Positions 60,521 through 64,000 of a stretch of DNA of 64,000 nucleotides are shown one piece after another (the first letter of the stretch is position 1; each line of letters begins with the position of its first letter). This DNA comes from Negaprion brevirostris (lineage: Eukaryota), in assembly GCA_030324005.1 (NCBI GenBank), contig JARDVH010000031.1, forward strand, positions 66,004,767-66,068,766, given 5' to 3'. The position numbers and the translations under genes are program-made. Below the pieces are notes generated by a model that saw only the letters and a program-made list of their open reading frames with translations, was not told the DNA's origin and did no database searches.

Positions 60521-61300
60521 TCTGTTCTATCACAGTGTGTATTGCAACATGGTTTTTATAACATGCATGATGCTCAACATGATGCACACTGAAATATGAG
60601 CCGGGGGGTCAATGATTGGCCCTTACTATCCAACAGTCACTCTCTGGTTTGCTGGTTTGGCATGGTGTTGTAAATACCATACAAATGGTATAGCAGATTG
60701 AAGGCAGGATAGCAGTTGTCAGGATATCAGGCATTCACGTGCATCACGTACTGAGAATGCTCACACACTTAATGTATACTTTAGAAACATAATCCTTTGC
60801 GGTTGTAGAACACCTTTGCATATAGCATCTGCAAAGCCACAGATGTGCGGTCATTAGCATTGTGCAGTATGCGGAAATTCACTATCCTGGAAAAGCCATG
60901 AGCGCACTCCACCTGATTCTGCCTCATCAGACAGAATGCAATGTTCTCCCCTCATCTTGCACACAGAGCCTCAGTCACATCCCTAAATACCACAAAGGAT
61001 GGGAAACTGAGAGGCATCTCTGATGTCGCCTGAATGGATCGTGACAAAAGCAGCTTCGTGGCCGCAGTCACTTATATAGCCACATATAGCCCAATTCTTG
61101 CCCTGTTCTGAAGCTGTGGGTCTGTCTGCAATAGCTGGAAGGTTTCATTGGGTGTGTCCTTCGCAAAATGGAGACATCATACACATCGTGAGGATTAAGA
61201 CAAGAGGATTGCTCTCTGAAATCACTGGATGAATAAGGCCTTCTGCGAAGACCCTTTCTCCGCCCCTCGTCCTCTTCCCTCTCTTTCGCCTCTGTTCAGC
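60521..61300 (-). pseudogene. Fossil PIF/Harbinger transposase
   Basis: Minus: RRPYSSSDFREQSSCLN; VTAA; FYNRKG; VCEHSQYVMHVNA*YPDNCYPAFNL; LLDSKG; YKNHVAIHTVIEQS, the HARBI1-type motif order with stops and frameshifts. Confidence 0.8.
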
Positions 61301-62549
61301 CCACCTGACATACTGCATGCAAACAGGGATGGTAACTGCAACACCAATAATTGGACAAGTGGTCTGGGCTGAACGCTTGAAGTCAAAACCTAGGCTTTTA
61401 TCATGTGCCACTCCAGACCTTGCAAATGTCACTAACTTCAGCAGTGTAAAGCTCACAGCAATTCTACAAACTCAGCCTGCTGAAATCAATCAGGAACTGA
61501 CCTGAAAGTAATTGACGATCCTTTAAAATAATTGGTTGGGATATCTTCCCTGTTCCTGAAACGTGTGTTCAGCTGTACATATTTAAGAAGCAGTAGTAGT
61601 TGTACCTTGAAGTGGATATGGCAGCACTGGTATCAAGACAGCATTACCCACTGACTGATGTTATTGTGCCCACTCTACATACCTCTGATGCATGCTGCTA
61701 ACATCACAGGTCCTGCTGCATCAGATATTTACAGGACGATACTGTTTTCCTCCCAAGACATTAAATGTAGCCCCAAAAATGCAAGCACCATTCAGTCCAA
61801 TTCTGCGGCCTTGGTTATTATTGTTCTACACTGCAATAGAATTCTTCATTGGACATCAGCAATTAACCCTCTTTCTGGTAGCAGTCTGTCTGGAGTCTTT
61901 AAGGTATACAGCCATTTGAGGCTCCTTGACAGCATTTAGGTGAAGCAACGATACGTCAAGGATCAGTTTTAGATTAAGGGTTAGCATTGGGTAAACACAT
62001 TTATTGTTTTGACATTTCAGAGAGAGTAGTAAAGGTTATAATTACTTTAAATATTCTGTTTATACTCAATACTTGTTTAATGTTAAATAAATTTGCCTGT
62101 TGGCTTATAGCTCAAGGCTTGGTCCGGAAGAACATTCATTCTTCCATTTTGTGAAGTTGAGGAGAATAAGTGATATATTGAACCAAAATGATGCACAGTA
62201 ACTAATGTCTGATTCTTACTACATTCTACCTTGTTAGTGCGTGAATAAATACGAACTCTGGCTCAAAGGGGACACTAAGGCTGCATCAGAGATTGATCAA
62301 TATTACTCAACCCAAGGAAATACCTTACAAAAAATCCAAAAAAAATTAATGCCATTCTCCTTGGCTTCCAAATTTCCACTGCACAGAATAAATCTGAACT
62401 TTGCAATCCATCTTCAATAGTTTTTTAACCCTCCAATGCTAAGTTCAAGGAGAGAGCATCTAACAAAGGGAGGTGATAGCATTTATAGTGGAAGAAGTTT
62501 ATAGTGGCATGAGGTACGGAAAATGTGAAAATACTACTTCCATAAGTTT

Positions 62550-62603
62550 TTAAGTTTATTTATTAGTGTCACAAGCAGGCTTACCTTAACACTGCAATGA
62601 AGT
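62550..62603 (-). mobile_element. Isolated tail-B fragment
   Basis: aagtttatttattagtgtcacaagcaggcttaccttaacactgcaatgaagt. Confidence 0.8.
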
Positions 62604-63489
62604 TTTAGGATATTTGGGTAGTTTCATCAATTTTTTTCAAGTATTCTTAGAAGGAATGATTAAATGGTGCATATGCTAGGCTGCATTGTAAACTGTATAT
62701 TTGTGAAAAGATGTGTCCTATCGGTCAATTCAATGATGTGCAAAAGCAATGAGTGCTTCTTAGACCTCAATGTTCAGGTAGTCTGCAATAGCAAGTATAT
62801 TAATCTCTTTGTAAACTGCAAACTCCTGAGAGGTGAATCGTCGGCTCTTTGCTATCTGTGAATTGCAACATGTCCTTTGAGTAACCACGAATTATCTTAA
62901 AAATAAAACCTAATAATATCATTAGGCAACCTCCGACATCAGTAAACTTATTTGTATGACCATGCAGAAGACTGAACATTACCTTTGACGGAAAGGTGAA
63001 GTGAAGGAGGAGACAGCAAGTTGGAAAGAAAATGTGTAAATTACGCGTAGCGCATGGATGCTAGACAACATAGTTATCAAAGCTAGTGTCCATTAGGGCA
63101 TTGCAGATGAATGCTTCTGTGCTACAATAATGGATGTTGAAAGTCCTCAACAGTCTGTTCCAAGGAGAATGAGGACAGGGATGTGCTTTTCTTGGCAAGA
63201 TAAACTGGTGCAATTGCGTTAAGCAGCGCTTTAGGTGATGGAATACTTGTTGCTTGTGCAACCTCCATGTTTCATACAGTCATTTATCACTTTCACCACC
63301 TGATGACTTAAAGCTCCATTCAACCCTTTAACCATATAATATCTCTACTTTTTATTTAAATAAATGATAGGGAAACCAGTAAAGCCAATGCACAGGATTA
63401 AACTGCAAATGATGTTATTTCCAAAGTAACGTCACATCCGGATTTAATGCTGCATGCTGCCACCTTGCACGAGGGAGTGCAGAGTTTTT

Positions 63490-63556
63490 TAAAGTTTATT
63501 TATTGGTGTCATAAGTCAGCTTACATTAACACTGCAATGAAGCTACTGTGAAAATC
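63490..63556 (-). mobile_element. Isolated tail-B fragment
   Basis: aaagtttatttattggtgtcataagtcagcttacattaacactgcaatgaagctactgtgaaaatc. Confidence 0.8.
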
Positions 63557-64000
63557 TAGAGAAAGCATATAATTGAGTTTTTCAAAGCTATGAAACATAA
63601 ACTATTGAATCTTTTGCTTCAAATGTATCCCGTCCAAATTTACCTGGAGCGCTTCTTCCAGAATATTTATTTTATTTGTGATATTCATTGGCAATGATTA
63701 GTTGATGTGATGGTGGGAGTGTGAATAGGGGGAGGAAGGGAAACATCTCCATGAATCACTACCTGATCTGAACAGAATTCGTACATTTGTACCACAGTTG
63801 TACTCAATTACAGAAAGCTTGGATGATCTACGATATTTTTGAATGATAAACTACAATAGAAATAAAGGAGCATCTAGAAAAATAAGAATGACATGATTTC
63901 TGAATAGGATTGGGTGCGGTGACTTCATGCTCAAACAGAACTGTGTTTAGGTCAGACCCCAGCGTGGAACTTTGGACTCTGCCTTTTGTGTGGTGCCATA

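Overview
Vertebrate genomic DNA, most likely a shark or other elasmobranch, inferred from about 20 HE1-type V-SINE copies and abundant CR1/HER1-like LINEs. It comes from a gapped draft scaffold with many N runs. No intact protein-coding gene, rRNA, tRNA or CRISPR array is supportable, and almost all ORF-track entries are repeat translations, chance ORFs or N-run artefacts. The window is a repeat-rich intron or gene desert containing HE1-like SINEs with two different 3' tails, a second tRNA-headed SINE, DeuSINEs, CR1, L2, RTE and Rex1 LINE fragments, fossil Harbinger transposase and Myb/SANT genes with MITEs, and Penelope-like fragments. Between the repeats are unique blocks rich in homeodomain, TCF and FOX motifs that look like conserved enhancers. 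The most notable signal is a set of minimal type-I hammerhead-ribozyme-like cores from three Penelope-like families, several in head-to-head inverted hairpins, with near-intact copies at 21941-21977 (-) and 15136-15171 (+). A few small minus-strand exon candidates (48, 17 and 78 nt) hint at an unidentified large host gene. Family names come from motif recognition without database searches, and repeat boundaries are approximate (about +/-10-30 bp).
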